Shown here: piece after piece, positions 1 through 13,379 of the stretch
Layout: the number at the start of each line of letters is the position of its first letter
Numbering within the stretch: the first letter of the stretch is position 1
Source of the DNA: Tubulanus polymorphus
Lineage: Eukaryota > Animalia > Nemertea
Reading direction: 5' to 3'
DNA length: 64,000 nucleotides
Assembly: GCF_964204645.1 (NCBI RefSeq)
Contig: NC_134028.1
Location: 18,669,653-18,733,652, forward strand
The notes under the pieces: model-generated
The model's database searches: none
What the model was told of the DNA's origin: nothing
The model's input: the letters and a program-made list of their open reading frames with translations, nothing else
Position numbers and translations under genes: made by a program

Positions 1-749
1 CAATTTGTTTTTCTAATACTACTTGTAATTGACTTGAACCATTACTAATTTGTTGAATATCTCTTCTCGATGTTTCTTGTGTTGAAGATCTTAATCTATC
101 TATTCTATCTCCAAACTCTTCTTCATTTTCTGGATCCACAAAAGTAAGATTTATATTTGGATTTTTAAATGGTGAATATTTGTTAATATCAATATTCTCA
201 ATTGGTTCTTCTTCATTTACTCTTTCGATTGCATTCCATATAATTCTGATGAATTCTGAACCAACTTTTGAACGTTCAATCGAAGATATTGCTAACATTC
301 CAGGATGGTACAGATCTTCTTGCCCCATTTTAGATAATTGTAATTTTACATTTTTACCATGTAAGTCAAGATTATTATACCATTTATCATTTTTCAATTC
401 TAGATTAGATATGAAAAATGGGTCATCTTTTACAATTTTCAATATAGGATTTTCTGTTTTTCCAATCTATTGATCAAATCTTTTCTTTCTGTTTCTAGTT
501 TTGATTACATTCCTATCAGGAGCTTTTAAATAATCTATTATTTTCATTTGTTTCATTGTCATCTTTATATTCTTTATAATCACTATATCTACTAAAAGAA
601 TATCCATCATCATTATTTGGATTAGAATTATATGCTGTTTCATTATCATTATTAAAGCTTGTTTCAGTAAAATCAGGTTGTTGTTCATCAGTTATGCCGG
701 GTTCATCGAAGGTATCCGTCCCAATATCTTCTCCACCTTCTATATCCAT
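1..749 (-). pseudogene. Decayed Polinton/Maverick-like gene (acidic N-terminus with ETSF motif), frameshifted and truncated by the window edge
   Basis: Intronless, very AT-rich ORF MDIEGGEDIG...DFTETSFNND, packed directly behind a second viral-type gene; reading continues in shifted frames toward position 1. The family call is from recollection of Polinton accessory proteins. Confidence 0.4.
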
Positions 750-779
750 TTATATAATAAGAAAATTAAAATTCAAAAT

Positions 780-2103
780 ATAATATTCCTCCAATTACAG
801 TTCATATAGAAGTTATAGCTAATTTGGTATTTTCATGTGATTTATTATTATTATTATTACTTTTGATTATTTCATGTTGAATATTATCAGTTTTAATATT
901 TTCCGATGTATTGTAATCTTTAATTTTAGTATCATTATTTAATTTAATATTCTTAGTTTTAGTTACAGTTGATTGTATATTTTTTTCAATTTTTTCACCT
1001 TCCATTAGTTTTGAAGCAGTGATAATTCTTTTTATTTATACTTTTTAAACCAAATGAGTTATTTATTGCAGTTTTAATCAAATTATTATAACCAATTATA
1101 TTCCCCATCTTTAATATCAAATCATTAGATATAATAAATAAGGACCAATACAATAATTAAATCTTTTATGTGATTCATCTGAATTATTTTGATATCTTTC
1201 AATTAACAATATTTCCTGGAATTGATCTTATTTTATCATTGTATATTGAATATTCAAATAAAACTTTAAATTGTTTTTGAGCATATAATGATGAATCATT
1301 ATTTCCAACTATTGGTGATCTTGTTTCAACTTGAGCACCTAGAATACATATTAAATAAGTTCTAATTGATTGATTTATTCTTTGTATACCTGGTTTGGTA
1401 AATCCTTTACTATTTTCTAGAATAAAATTAACCCAACCATCATTATTTTGTTGTTGTACATGTATATTATTATAATATTTTGGTAATTCATTCCAATTTA
1501 GTGTTCTTTAATCTTCATTTTTTATTATTTTACCAAATTCTTTAGTATATAATATTCCTAATCCACCCATTGTTCCAATTTTTGATCTAAAATCATCATT
1601 TGAATTAATATTAAATTCATAACATATTTTATAAAACATAGAAAAATTAATATTATTATTTAAATCATTAAAATATTTTGAACCTGGTAAAGGACATTCT
1701 AATTCATTTAATATGAATTTTGTTAGAAAATATGTATGAAATCTAAATAGTGATAATATTAATGGTAAACTAGGTTTATTTAAATGATCATTCCAACTTA
1801 TACCCCTTCCTGTTGTTACGCAATATATTACAAAATTTAATTGATTTTGTCAATATTTCATATTAGATTTTAACAACCATTGTTTTGCCTCATTTGAATT
1901 TTTAGAATAAACTGTATATATATTAAAGATATTTTTCCATTTTAACATTAAAACGATGTGTTTTCTGAAACATAAATATCTAAATTAATTAATGAATTAA
2001 AAACTTCATTTCTATATGTAATATTCTTATTAAAATCGATTGCTGAAATATTATATTTCATTGATTTATTAAATTTAAAAGCATAAGGAAAATTATCTGT
2101 CAT
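780..2103 (-). pseudogene. Decayed conserved Polinton/adintovirus-type gene with hydrophobic C-terminal tail (copy 1)
   Basis: Manual translation from ATG ~2103 gives ...SNEAKQWLLKSNMKY*QNQLNFVIY...GISWNDHL...FRFHTYF...LECPLPG...GFTKPGIQRINQSIRTYLICILGAQVETRSPIVGN...HENTKLAITS; multiple stops and frameshifts; no introns. Confidence 0.55.
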
Positions 2104-2124
2104 TTATACAACAAAAAAATTTAA

Positions 2125-2680
2125 ATGAAATATAATATTCCACCAATTACAATTCCAATACAAGTTATTGCGGTTTTCATATTTTCATGTGATATATTAT
2201 CATTATTATTTCCAATTATCTCATGCTGAATATAATCAGTTTTTATATTTTCTGTAGTATTATAATCCGGTTTAGAATCATTTAATTTAATATCAATTTT
2301 GTTTTAATATCAGTTGATTGAATATGTTATTTTATTTTTATTTCCTTCCATTAAATTTGGTGCAGTAATAACTTTTTTATTTATATCATTTAAACCTAAT
2401 GAATTATTTATTGTTGCAGTTTTAATTAGATTATTATAACCAATTATATTTCCTATTTAGAAATAATTTATAAATTAGGACCTATACAATAATATAGTCT
2501 TATATGAGATTTATCTAAATAATTTTGATATCTTACTATATTGTCTGGAATTGATCTATTTTTATGAATTGAATCTTCAAATAATATTTTGAATTGCTTC
2601 TGCACATCAAATGAAGTATTATTATTCCCAACTATTGGTGATCTTGTTTCAACTTGTGATCCTAATATTTGTATAACCAA
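2125..2680 (-). pseudogene. Diverged partial duplicate (C-terminal half) of the 780-2103 gene
   Basis: ILGSQVETRSPIVGNNNTSFDVQKQFKILFEDSI parallels ILGAQVETRSPIVGNNDSSLYAQKQFKVLFEYSI; 2134-2192 aligns with 783-840. Confidence 0.65.
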
Positions 2681-3129
2681 CCGTTCCCCTTGATAGTGAT
2701 GCTCCATTATATAATCCATTAATTATCCACTTATTATCACTTACTATCTTCAAAATATTTAGTTATCTTATTTATAATTATTTCAACATTTATTTCATTA
2801 CTACTTTTATGATTATCATATATTTGAGATAATATATTTCTAATATCATCGATAATCAATAATATTCTAAAGATGTTTTAATTAAATCAATTACTTTTTC
2901 TATATCATAATTTCCTTTATCAATCATTGAAGCACTGTTAAATGATTTACTTATTTAATATCAGTAATTACATCATTTAGTTTAATTCTGATTTCTTAAC
3001 CATGTCTCAAATTAAACCCAAAACATATAGTCGGTCCTACTGTTATATTCATATTTATTATTATAAAACATTATTGATTATTCTTTACATCTTACATTTA
3101 ATTTATACATCGCAGGAAAGTTATTCGAA

Positions 3130-4480
3130 TCAATTAAGTAACCATTATTATTTCTAATTTCTAACTTAAAATTATTGAATTGTAAAATGCAAGGCTTAAA
3201 ATCACATTCAGTTAAATTATCATTTATTTGCGTTCCAAATTCTTTGAAGTTCTTCAATGGTAAAATATTTAATATACTAGAGTAACCAGTTGTGTCTTTA
3301 GTTGCTTCGAATGTTTTTTATAAGATCAATTAAATTACAATAAAAATACCTAGGGGTCCAGGGACATCATGCCCACTTGGGAAGTGGTTTCCAATACTCA
3401 ACAATCTAACAATTTCAATAATTAATGCTCCCTGGTTACCATATACAAAAACCAATGACCTTGAAACTCACTACAATCATAGAACATGTCAGCAGCTACG
3501 ATTTTGTAATTGATTGTGATAACAAAATATGCCTCGTTACCAATTTAATATGGAAATACTAAGTAATTCTACTATTCAATGCCCCCGGTGACCATATGCA
3601 AAACCCAATGACCTTCAAACTCACCTCAATAATAGAACATGTCATAAACTACATCTTTGCAATTTACCATGGTAACAAAATATGCCTATGTACCAATCTA
3701 ATAAGGAAATACTAAGTTATTCTACTATTCAACGCCCCCTGGTGACCATATAGAATAACTAATGTTCCTAAAACTCACCACAATCATAGACAATGTCATT
3801 AGCTACAAATTTGCAATTGATACATGTACAAACCAAATATCAAGATATTTCCTTGAAGCGTCTTCAAAACTTCCCAAAATAACTGGATTCCGTCTACGGA
3901 CGGACGGACGACGGACGAAAAGTGAACGCAATAGCCCGCTGGGACTAAAGTCCCAAGTGGGATAAAAACGTTTGTAAGGTATTAAGTTTGGTGTAGCATC
4001 AACATTTGAATAAAGTTTATCTGGTGTAATTCCTAACAGTTTAGCTATAGGTTTTTTAACTAAAAATTGAAATATTTCACCATGAGTTAACCTAATCTTT
4101 ATTCTATTGGAACTATCACTTTAAAAAAATCTAATGTTAAACCCAGCATCACTACCTTACTTGTGCCAGACTTTTTTATTAATTTCTTGTGACAATGTAT
4201 CTAAATTATATAACCCTGGTTTTAGATATAGATGATACCGTTAATTTTTTTCCTGAACCATAAACAATCTATGATCAATAGATTTATTCGTTACATTATA
4301 AAAAGAGTTACATAAACTATTATTTACTAATTTTAAATCAACGCAATTTCAAAATTCTCTATCTATTGTTTATTCTGTTAACTTCTTAGATTTATAATCT
4401 ACTGATTTGGCATTGGTAGTATGTTTGATTCTAGCTAGGAATGATTTGTTGTTCTCACTATATAATTCTTTACTCTCCAT
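3130..4480 (-). pseudogene. Decayed Polinton minor-capsid (penton)-like gene interrupted by a HINE copy
   Basis: Fragments SIKPGLYNLDTLSQEIN, PIAKLLGITP...PNLIPYKR | insertion 3350-3965 | FYCNLIDL...SSILNILP...FNNFKLEIRNNNG resemble single jelly-roll minor capsid motifs. Confidence 0.4.
3350..3968 (+). mobile_element. Helentron-associated non-autonomous element (HINE-like), internally deleted copy
   Basis: Starts CTAGGGGTCC; ~3 copies of a 152-bp repeat; (GGAC)n microsatellite; terminal hairpin TGGGACT-AA-AGTCCCA then an A run; same ends as 4621-6026. Confidence 0.75.
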
Positions 4481-4620
4481 TTATTGTATGAATTTTTTAT
4501 TAAAATTGATTTCATTATATAATATTCATTTATGTAAATATCACATATATAAATATTAGAGTAAATATTAGAATAATAAGTCTTGTTTCAGATTAAAGGT
4601 TGAAAGGTTGAGTGAATAAA

Positions 4621-6026
4621 CTAGGGGTCCAGGGACACCATGCCCACTTGGGAAGTGGTTTCAAATGCTCAACAATCTATCAATTTCAATACATAACGCC
4701 CCCTAGTGACCATGTACAAAAACAAATGACCTTGAAACCCACCAAAATCATAGAACATGTCAGCAGCATGATTTTGTCATTGATTGTGATAACAAAATAT
4801 GCCTCGTTACCAATTTAATATGGAAATACTAAGTTATTCTACTATTCAACGCCCCCTGGTGACCATATGCATAACCCAATGACCTTAAAACTCACCACAA
4901 TCGTAATACACGTCATGATATACAACTTAACAATTGATCATGGTAACAAAATATGCCGAGGTACCAATCTAATAAAGAAATACTAAGCTATTCTACTATT
5001 CAACGCCCCCTGGTGACTATATGGAATAACTAATGTCCTTAAAAACTCACCACAATCATAGACGATGTCATGAACTACAACTTTGCAATTGATTATGGTA
5101 ACAAAATATGCCTAGGTACCAATCTAACAAGGAATACTAAGTTATTCTACTATTCAACGCCCCCTGGTGACCATATAGAATAACTAATGTCCTTAAAACT
5201 CACCAAAATCATGGAAGATGTCATGAGCTTCAACTTTGCAATAGCTAAACAAAATATGCATAGGTTCAAATATAATATAGAAATACTAAGTTATTGTATT
5301 ATTCAACGCCCCACTGGTGGCCACATACAAAACCAATGACCTTGAAACTCACCCAAAACATAGAACACGTCATGGGCTACAACTTTCCAATTGAAAATAG
5401 TAACACAATATGGTTAGGTATCAATTTAATGTGGAAAACTTTTTCCCACCTACGAATGAGTACTGATGACACCAAGATGGCCGCCAATTGCGCCATAATT
5501 GGCTGATCAAAAATACCTGCCTCAGGTATAAAACATCCCTTTCCAAAGAATACCCATCACAAATTGCAATGAGAATTGGCAAACCAGTAGGAAGCTACAG
5601 GACCTAGAATTCTGGCCAAAATTGACATTTTAGGGCACTAAAAAGGTCATAGGACGGCCATCTTGAGTCAGATCGACCCAATTTTTCTTATGCTGATGGG
5701 CCCTTGGTAGATTCAAATATAAACGAAAGATCAAGGTAATTAATCAAAGCGTCTTCAAAATTTCCCTCGAAAACTTCGAAAATGTGTAAAAAGTGCTGAT
5801 TTTGGCAAACAACAATGGCTGCCAGTCAGCCATCTTGAATCTGACAGGGCCCTTTTTGGGCTGAAGATGTGTCTAGGGTAGATACATATATAAACCAAAT
5901 ATCAAGACATTACCTTGAAGTGTCTTCAAAACTTCCCAAGTTTGCTGGATTCCGTCTACGGACGGATGACGGACGAAAAGTGAACGCAATAGCCCGCGGG
6001 GACTAAAGTCCCAACTGGGCTAAAAA
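4621..6026 (+). mobile_element. HINE-like element, fullest copy with ~5 x 152-bp tandem units
   Basis: AATACTAAG recurs at ~4827, 4979, 5133, 5283; conserved core; GGAC microsatellite; 3' stem-loop and AAAAA end. Confidence 0.8.
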
Positions 6027-6099
6027 TGAAAATATCTTCGAGCGTGTGAGAATTTATTTTTATCTTTGATGAGCTCGACCTTTCGACCTTTGATCTGAA

Positions 6100-7316
6100 A
6101 CAAGACTTATCTAATTACTTACTTCACATCAAGTCAACTCGTGAATATTCTGAGCTAAATCAGCTCCTTAAAAATAGTTTGTATCGCACACAAGCAGATA
6201 ACAACAACACCTTTTAAAGAATTATGAATCTTTACATCAAGCTCTACCTTCATTTATTAATTTATATACCAGGAATTACAAATTTTTACTTATTAAAAGT
6301 TTGACCTACGCTATAATCAGTCGCACTGCAATCAAACCTTAACTTTTCTTAAACTTGCAACACACAAAATTACAACTTACGAAATTCACAAGATTGTTAC
6401 ATTGGAAAATCAGACAATGACAAGGTTACCGCAAAATTCAAGAATCCGGTTCGAGGGAGCATAAAACGATGGGGTTTCAGATTCGGGACAAATCACTACA
6501 GATCAGATCGTCAACACGCCCCACAAAATTAAAAAAATAGGGATTTTAACTAAAAGCTACTCAATATTAATAGTGACAATTCTTGAATAATGTTGCAACA
6601 CAATGTGGAGACAACATTCAATCATAATAATAAACAGTTCATGCAAAATGATACAATTCGATAGAAGTGCGCGTTCACGACGTCTCCTCCGCACGCAACG
6701 ATATATTCACTCCCGTGAATTTACTGAGCGCAAAACCGATCCGCCTTTTTCCGTAATACAACATTAACTGAGAATATTACGCAACACTCACGATTTTGAC
6801 GAATTCCACAATTACTTACAGGCGCACGCACGATACGCTGGCGGACACGGACGTCCAACCGATTTAGAATAAATTTCGGAATCCACTCCAGTGGAATCAA
6901 AACGATCTACACGAATCGAGAATTTGGATATCAAACGAATAAGCGGCATTTCACGCACGAGTCGAACTATGCATCTATGACGGTTGCCTCATCCAATTTC
7001 TTCATCAGCATTCGTCACCAGGTCGATTCAAATTCGTCAATCCACAGAGCTTTCAGTCACCGACTGGTAGTACAACATATCTTCTAATAGTAGGGAGCAA
7101 TTTCCATTAAAAATTCTAAAACTTTACGGAGGCTTCATAAAACACAGGCTCATCAATCTACCATCTTGTCATACGTGGCAAAAATTCAACCTAATTTTTC
7201 CAACAGTATCTCTATAACTACAGACTCACTTCCCTGTGGAAGATTTAAGAGTAAATTCTAAACAAAAATCTAACTAATTCATTATTTCTACTTATATGGC
7301 AGCACGTGCCAGAACA
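6100..7316 (-). mobile_element. Probable BEL/Pao 5' LTR plus leader remnant
   Basis: On the minus strand it begins TGTTCTGGCACGTGCTGCC (7316); ~850 bp later comes TGCTCCCTCGAACCGG, resembling the tRNA-Tyr primer-binding site TGGTCCTTCGA(A/G)CCGG. Confidence 0.4.
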
Positions 7317-7601
7317 TTGTGGCGGTGACTTCATAGTTTGCTGGATGAAAGGTTGGTTTATAGTCTTTGATTTTTAGGATATTAGGTTTTTGAAAAGTGG
7401 TTGGTGTGGGCTGTGTTATTCGATTTTCCGTAATTTCGTTTTCCGTGTTTAGAAAACTACCCGACTGTAACAGACCTGTCTATATCTTCTTTGCCTCGCT
7501 ATCGTGTGGAAATCCTATAAATAAACTTAGCCGAGAGTTTTCATGGTATGATGTTAGCATTCTGCTTATACAGTTCAACCGACTCAACTGCCGAGGCCGA
7601 C

Positions 7602-8202
7602 ATGGATAGAAAATTTGTTATAGTATCAACTGAATGGTTAGCTGATCGTTTGGCTGGAAAGAAAGACAAGGATATCAACTTTCGCGTACTTGATGCTACG
7701 TGGCATTTACCATCCCTCACTAAACGAAAACCAAGAGAGGATTTTTATAAAGATCATATTCCTGGAGCATTGTTTTTCGACATAGACGAATGTCGCAAGC
7801 CGCATCCGGATTTGGAACATTTATTACCCAGCGCCGAACAATTCGCTGAATACGTCGGTAAAAAGCTAGGCATTGGGAATGAAGACCACGTTGTAATCTA
7901 CGACAACAATCCGAATATAGGAATATTTTCAGCGCCTCGAGTTTGGTGGCTGTTTAAAGTATTTGGCCATGATAAGGTATCAGTACTTAGCGGTGGATTT
8001 GAAAAATGGAATAATGAAGAAGTTCGCGAAGTGACCGATGAATTGATCAAAGTTGTGCCTTTCGACTACCAAGCCACTCTCCATCCAGAAATGGTGAAAA
8101 CTTTTAAAGATGTTGAGAACAATTTGGAAACTAAAGAGTTTCAATTGTTAGATGCGCGGCCGGCTGGCCGATTCAATGGCACTGCGCCAGAACCACGCCC
8201 GG
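7602..8202 (+). CDS. MPST: 3-mercaptopyruvate sulfurtransferase, exon 1
   Basis: VSTEWL...VLDATWHLP...HIPGALFFDIDEC...APRVWWLFKVFGH...LLDARPAGRFNGTAPEPR; gccgacATGg Kozak context at 7602; donor G|GTAAGA. Confidence 0.93.
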
Positions 8203-8367
8203 GTAAGAGATGCAAGGGCCTTGTTATAGATGAATGACCCATCGACGTCCATTGTTAATTAAAGCACCGCTTTAGAGTGATTTAGGTTTTTTCTAGACGG
8301 ATTAACAATTTTGGATTCTTACGTATTCATACATGTAGTAGGCTAATTAATGTTTCTCATTTTGCAG

Positions 8368-8526
8368 ATACGAAACCTGGCCATATCCCTGGTGCTGTAA
8401 ATATCCCATTTACCAAGATCGTTGATCAGAATACAAAACTCTTGAAAACGCCAGCTTCGCTGAATGCGATGCTCAATTATCACAAAGTAGAACAAGACAG
8501 GCCTATGGTTGTTATGTGTGGCTCGG
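8368..8526 (+). CDS. MPST: MPST exon 2
   Basis: Acceptor ttttgcAG, phase 1: DTKPGHIPGAVNIPFT...RPMVVMCGSG; donor G|GTAGGT. Confidence 0.93.
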
Positions 8527-9715
8527 GTAGGTACGCGTATATCTGTGCGGTACGGTATGCATGACGTTTGAGGGTCTAGAAATAATATCATTCCTTCCCG
8601 GATATAAATATCACCGCTGTTCAAACTCAGAGACTGCACAAACTTTGTGTAGAAAATGCATTGCTATGATAGGGAGGAGAATTTACTAGCTGCTTTAGCT
8701 GCTTTTAAAGCCCAGATATACTCAACATCGCGTCAAATACAATGTTTTGTCGAGCATTTTATGTTGAGTTGACGAGAAAATTCGATGTTTAGTTTTGACG
8801 TGCGAAAAATGAAAGTTTGACGGGAAACATATGAAATTTTGAGGGTAAATTCAACGTTTCATTTGAAAGTGTATCCATGCCATACTACAGTCGACCCCGT
8901 CGGTATATCGGGGGTTGACTGTGTTTATTCATAGAAAATGAAAATATATGGTATTTATCACATTTAGAAGTTTCGTGAAATACGAATTTGATTCAAAGTC
9001 AAAATTCTGTGAAGGAAATGAGACGTCGAGCTGTCCGCATATTGGGTAAACATATTGAACAAGTTATGTAGCAGCTTAACAATTTTAGATTAAGAGTTTG
9101 CTTCATTACGTAACGTGTACGCATAACTTCTTATACTACGTACGTAACAAACTGTTCGAATGTGTAACTCGGAGTACGCATAAGTCGGAACAAGACGCTC
9201 CCATGTTGCCCTACCTATGCCTTACTCTACCGTATCATTTAAAGGGATTTGAAGCTTGATTTGCGCGCGGGAAATGATGTTTTTCTAATTTGTCTGATTG
9301 TTAGATTATCGCCGTGTTATACCTAACTATAATAATATAATATGACAATTTTGATTTGTTTGCGGTTCGGTATTTATAATTTTGTCCCTGCCGTTCTCAT
9401 TTCCCCCACTATTCTACCCGCCTCTGGTGGAGTTTGACGTCGTAATAAAAATTCCATTTTATCTCAAATCCAAACGTCTTACAATTCTGAATGAAATAGT
9501 GTCATTGACTTTCATCCTGCATCATTTTTTTCACATATACATAATGTTGATACATTCAACCAGGGAAGCGTAATTCCCCGATTCAACCCACTATCCACGC
9601 ACCCAAATGACGGGTAAGCATCTGCGTAGTTTACGATCAGATAAACATCTAGGTAAACATCAGGTTTAGATCAGACTTTAGTATAATGATGCCCCTAACG
9701 ACAACTAACAACAAC

Positions 9716-10267
9716 CATCCACGATTGCTAGGGTCTGATTGCGCCCGCTGGAACTAACGCCAGTACAAACCCTCGCCGCAAACCCTTGGTCTACTACAAC
9801 GTCCACGATTTCTTGGGTCCGCTCAAGAAATCTTGGGCGATGTAATAGACGGGTCTGTCTAAAGAAAATACCTCTAACCGCCCTTTGGTTTTTTCGTTTC
9901 GGCTGAAATATAGAATCCAGTCGGTATTTTTGCTGATATCGAAGATTACTTTTAAGTCGGTTCGAGCGCCAAAATATACAATTGACAACTACATCATTTT
10001 AAGCAAGGACAGATGGATAGCGGGCTCCTTAATTAGTACACGCAGTATTACGGAGCGCCACGCTCTGGACTGGTTGAAGTCCTGAAATGAATCATTTAGG
10101 TTGCATCTAAAACTCTAAAATCAAAATCGGAACGAAAGAGCCAAAGGGCGGTTAGAGGTATGTTCTTTAGACTGTCTACCGTAATAGACCCATGAAGGGT
10201 TAGTGGCAAGGTTTTGTATTGGTGTGAGCTCCAGCGGGCGGCAATCAAACCCTGGCAAGCGAGGATG
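9716..10267. mobile_element. Diverged MITE/foldback element in MPST intron 2
   Basis: 9716-9900 is an imperfect inverted repeat of 10125-10267 (CATCC...GGATG ends); part of it recurs in reverse at 16740-16855. Confidence 0.65.
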
Positions 10268-10445
10268 ACAACGACAAGTTAAATGCGAAGTGGCTGTACA
10301 TAGATTTGAAAATGCAAATTGGAGCACAGAAATAGAGTGGGACTAAGTTATTTGTTATGAGGACTAAGTTATTTTTTCTATGATTGAAGCTTTATTGTAT
10401 ATATCAGATTTTCTCAGATAATCTATCGCTATATCTACACTGCAG

Positions 10446-10576
10446 GTGTGACGTCATGTTGTTTATTGATGGCCGCGTATGTGAGCGGAAGAGACGATAT
10501 AGCGCTATATGATGGCTCATGGACCGAATGGTATAAAACGGCTAAATGGAACCAAATGATGCTAAGGCGCCCATAG
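10446..10576 (+). CDS. MPST: MPST exon 3 (terminal)
   Basis: Acceptor tgcAG; GVTSCCLLMAAYVSGRDDIALYDGSWTEWYKTAKWNQMMLRRP*. Completes the CGSGVT loop and the YDGSWTEW rhodanese signature. Confidence 0.93.
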
Positions 10577-13379
10577 ATACATATCACAATTTATTTGATG
10601 CTGGTGCGGATCCAGGTGAATTCTATTAACGGTTCGATACACAGATCTATTTCTACGCGACGACATAATGAATAACGGTATCTTCGTAACTCTATGGCCA
10701 CATTTTGACGATCAGTCATCAGTTGTATCTATTTGATACCACAAAACTATGTGTGGTTGTAAATCGACTTAAGATAACATTTTATCGCTGTGTATCGATT
10801 ATTGAATTATTTCACAGGGTATTTTCCAGACCCTGCATCCGCTTCTCATGCGTCAAATGAAATAATTATCTTATCTTTATATCATGATATATTACTGAAG
10901 ACGATATTTATGTTATGAACTGATTTTGACTCGAGAATTAACTCTCGTAGTTAGCGTTAGCCGATCATTGCACGTGAATTGTTGCATCATGCATTTTATT
11001 TGATTTTGCATTTGCATTAAATTCATTCGGGTCGTTTTATTAGCTTCCGATGAAAATGTATATGCTTTTTTATATAGTTCTACGTAATTTTTGCCAAAAA
11101 AATTCTCAATTTCTAATTTTATGTAAACCCCTTGAATTTCAACTGATCACTTCCTTTCTTCATTAGTAAGAACACTCCAAAACATATTTTGGAAATCAAC
11201 CAAACCACATTTTTGGCGTCATCCCGTTGTAGCCATCGTGCATTGATGTGTCAAAATGAAGAAAAGATTTGCGAAATGAATTTTCTAAAAGCAGTTTTTG
11301 GTGAATTTCTTGAATAGTATAGAAAAGCTCAATAGAAGAAAAACCTGACTTCGCGTACTCGAATAAGTTGATGTCCGTTCACAACCTGAATATCAGCGCA
11401 TATATGCAGTACATTAAGTCAACAGCGAAACATATGATATGAATATACTATAGCACAGCATATGCAATAACCTGTCATGTAGGGAGATTGTTATGCATCA
11501 GAAATACGTATCAACTTCTTATCATTGACACCGTCGATCCTAAATCAGGGTAAAGCCTACCTCTGCAAGAAGTGCCCTGAAATGAACAGCAAATTTCCAA
11601 ACTGGCTAAAATTCTCAATAAAGTAAAGATGGATGTGCCAATATAACAAACATTCATTATCATATCTATGTGAATAATGCGTTTCATTGTATTTTTGCAT
11701 GATGGCTACTATCGTGTATATTCGGTCATATGCCCGATGGTTACTGGTGGTGTATTATTTTGCCAATCAATTATTGCAAACAAATCCAATTGTGTCAGTA
11801 TGTGTTCTAGAGGCTATTTTCTTTACAAGTGTACTGCAGTATTGACCCCGTTCAAATCGAATATTTTTGTGTAGGTGTGGGCTTCGGCGAGAGGCATGCT
11901 GAAAACCCTGCAAACGTGATTCATTTCTGAAATGAACTGGCATATCTCTAATATAAACATTTTTTTCCGATACATAGTCAAAGATATGGTCATAAGATAT
12001 TTCGTAACTCTTATTTTCTATTCAATGAATGTTTTAATGCGTTTCTGATGATGAATTAGAATATTGTGCCGTGATTGTACACTAATCATCAATTCAAATC
12101 AATTCAATTGTCGGTATATTCCAATACTTATCAACTCTATTGATCCTGATTATGATATCATTTGTATTATATTATCTATTGTCGACAATAAACAATCTCT
12201 ATTTATGTTATTTTTTTTGACGTGAACGATGGTTAGAGTTAATCTTAGCTATTGGCTAATTTTTTTTGCACCATGCCATTAATTGTGTGTACGGTTAAGT
12301 TCATGTGAGCAATAAAGGCAGATGCTAATCGTAACACGTAGCATAAACACGATCTTCCATCTCCGTTCCTTCTACTTGGTCATCCTAAAGTCCGGGGCAC
12401 ACTGGGTAATTTCTTGGCGGTTTTTGTCTATGAGCAGCCATCCGGCCAATCAGCGCTTCGTCTAAATGTTTCATGCTTGGATAAGATGGCAGTGTATCGT
12501 CAAAATTTCCAAGTTTAACCTCTAATCGTGTAATTTCGGCTTTTTTAAACAAGGCGGTGATACACTGGTGATATATTTGTCGTATATTTTCTTTTTCGCG
12601 ATATTTCCAAGGTCGTTAAGTCGGAAATACAGTACAGCAGTCTTACAAAAAGATATAAAGATATTACAGAAAGATATAAATTTTTGACCATTAGGTTTGA
12701 GATTTTTGAGTTTGTCTAAAAGATCCATATTGTGCCGACTGTGAGAATCAGAAAAAGTACCCAAAGCCGGGGAGAGTACTTAAGCCAGATATTTGGAGAG
12801 CCGGCTTCCATGACATTTTCCCACATGAACGTTTTCCAATATGACATTATTTTCCCTCAAGGCCATATTCCCACATTTTCTTGGACATTTTCCCACAAAA
12901 ATGCTTTTCTTTATAATTCCTTTATTCATTTTAGACATTTATTTAATGGCTATATAGTTAAAAGGATTGAAAGTGAAATTAAGAATTAAATTTTGAATCT
13001 ATTGAGTAAATACATGTAGTCACTTCATTCATGTTCAATCTAAACAGATCAAAGAAGTCAATTATTTGCTTTGATCTACCAAACCTTTGTATCAAGCCTC
13101 ATGTTTTTCCTTTAATCACATGAGTGAAATTTGAGCTGAAGTCAGATTCCCAATTAGGCAATTTTGCTCTTAGAAATTAAAGTTATTATAGCGTAATTCG
13201 GATTCAATCAACGTTAACCATCTAATCACTCACTAATTAGTTGAAAATGAATGGGCTTTGATCAAAAAACAAAGTAATTTCATCACTAAACATTGTACAA
13301 TTTTTAATGTTTTTAGCAGATGATTTTGTCATTTTTAAGTCCTGCAATTCAACATTATTGCCTTTAAAGATTTAAAGAT

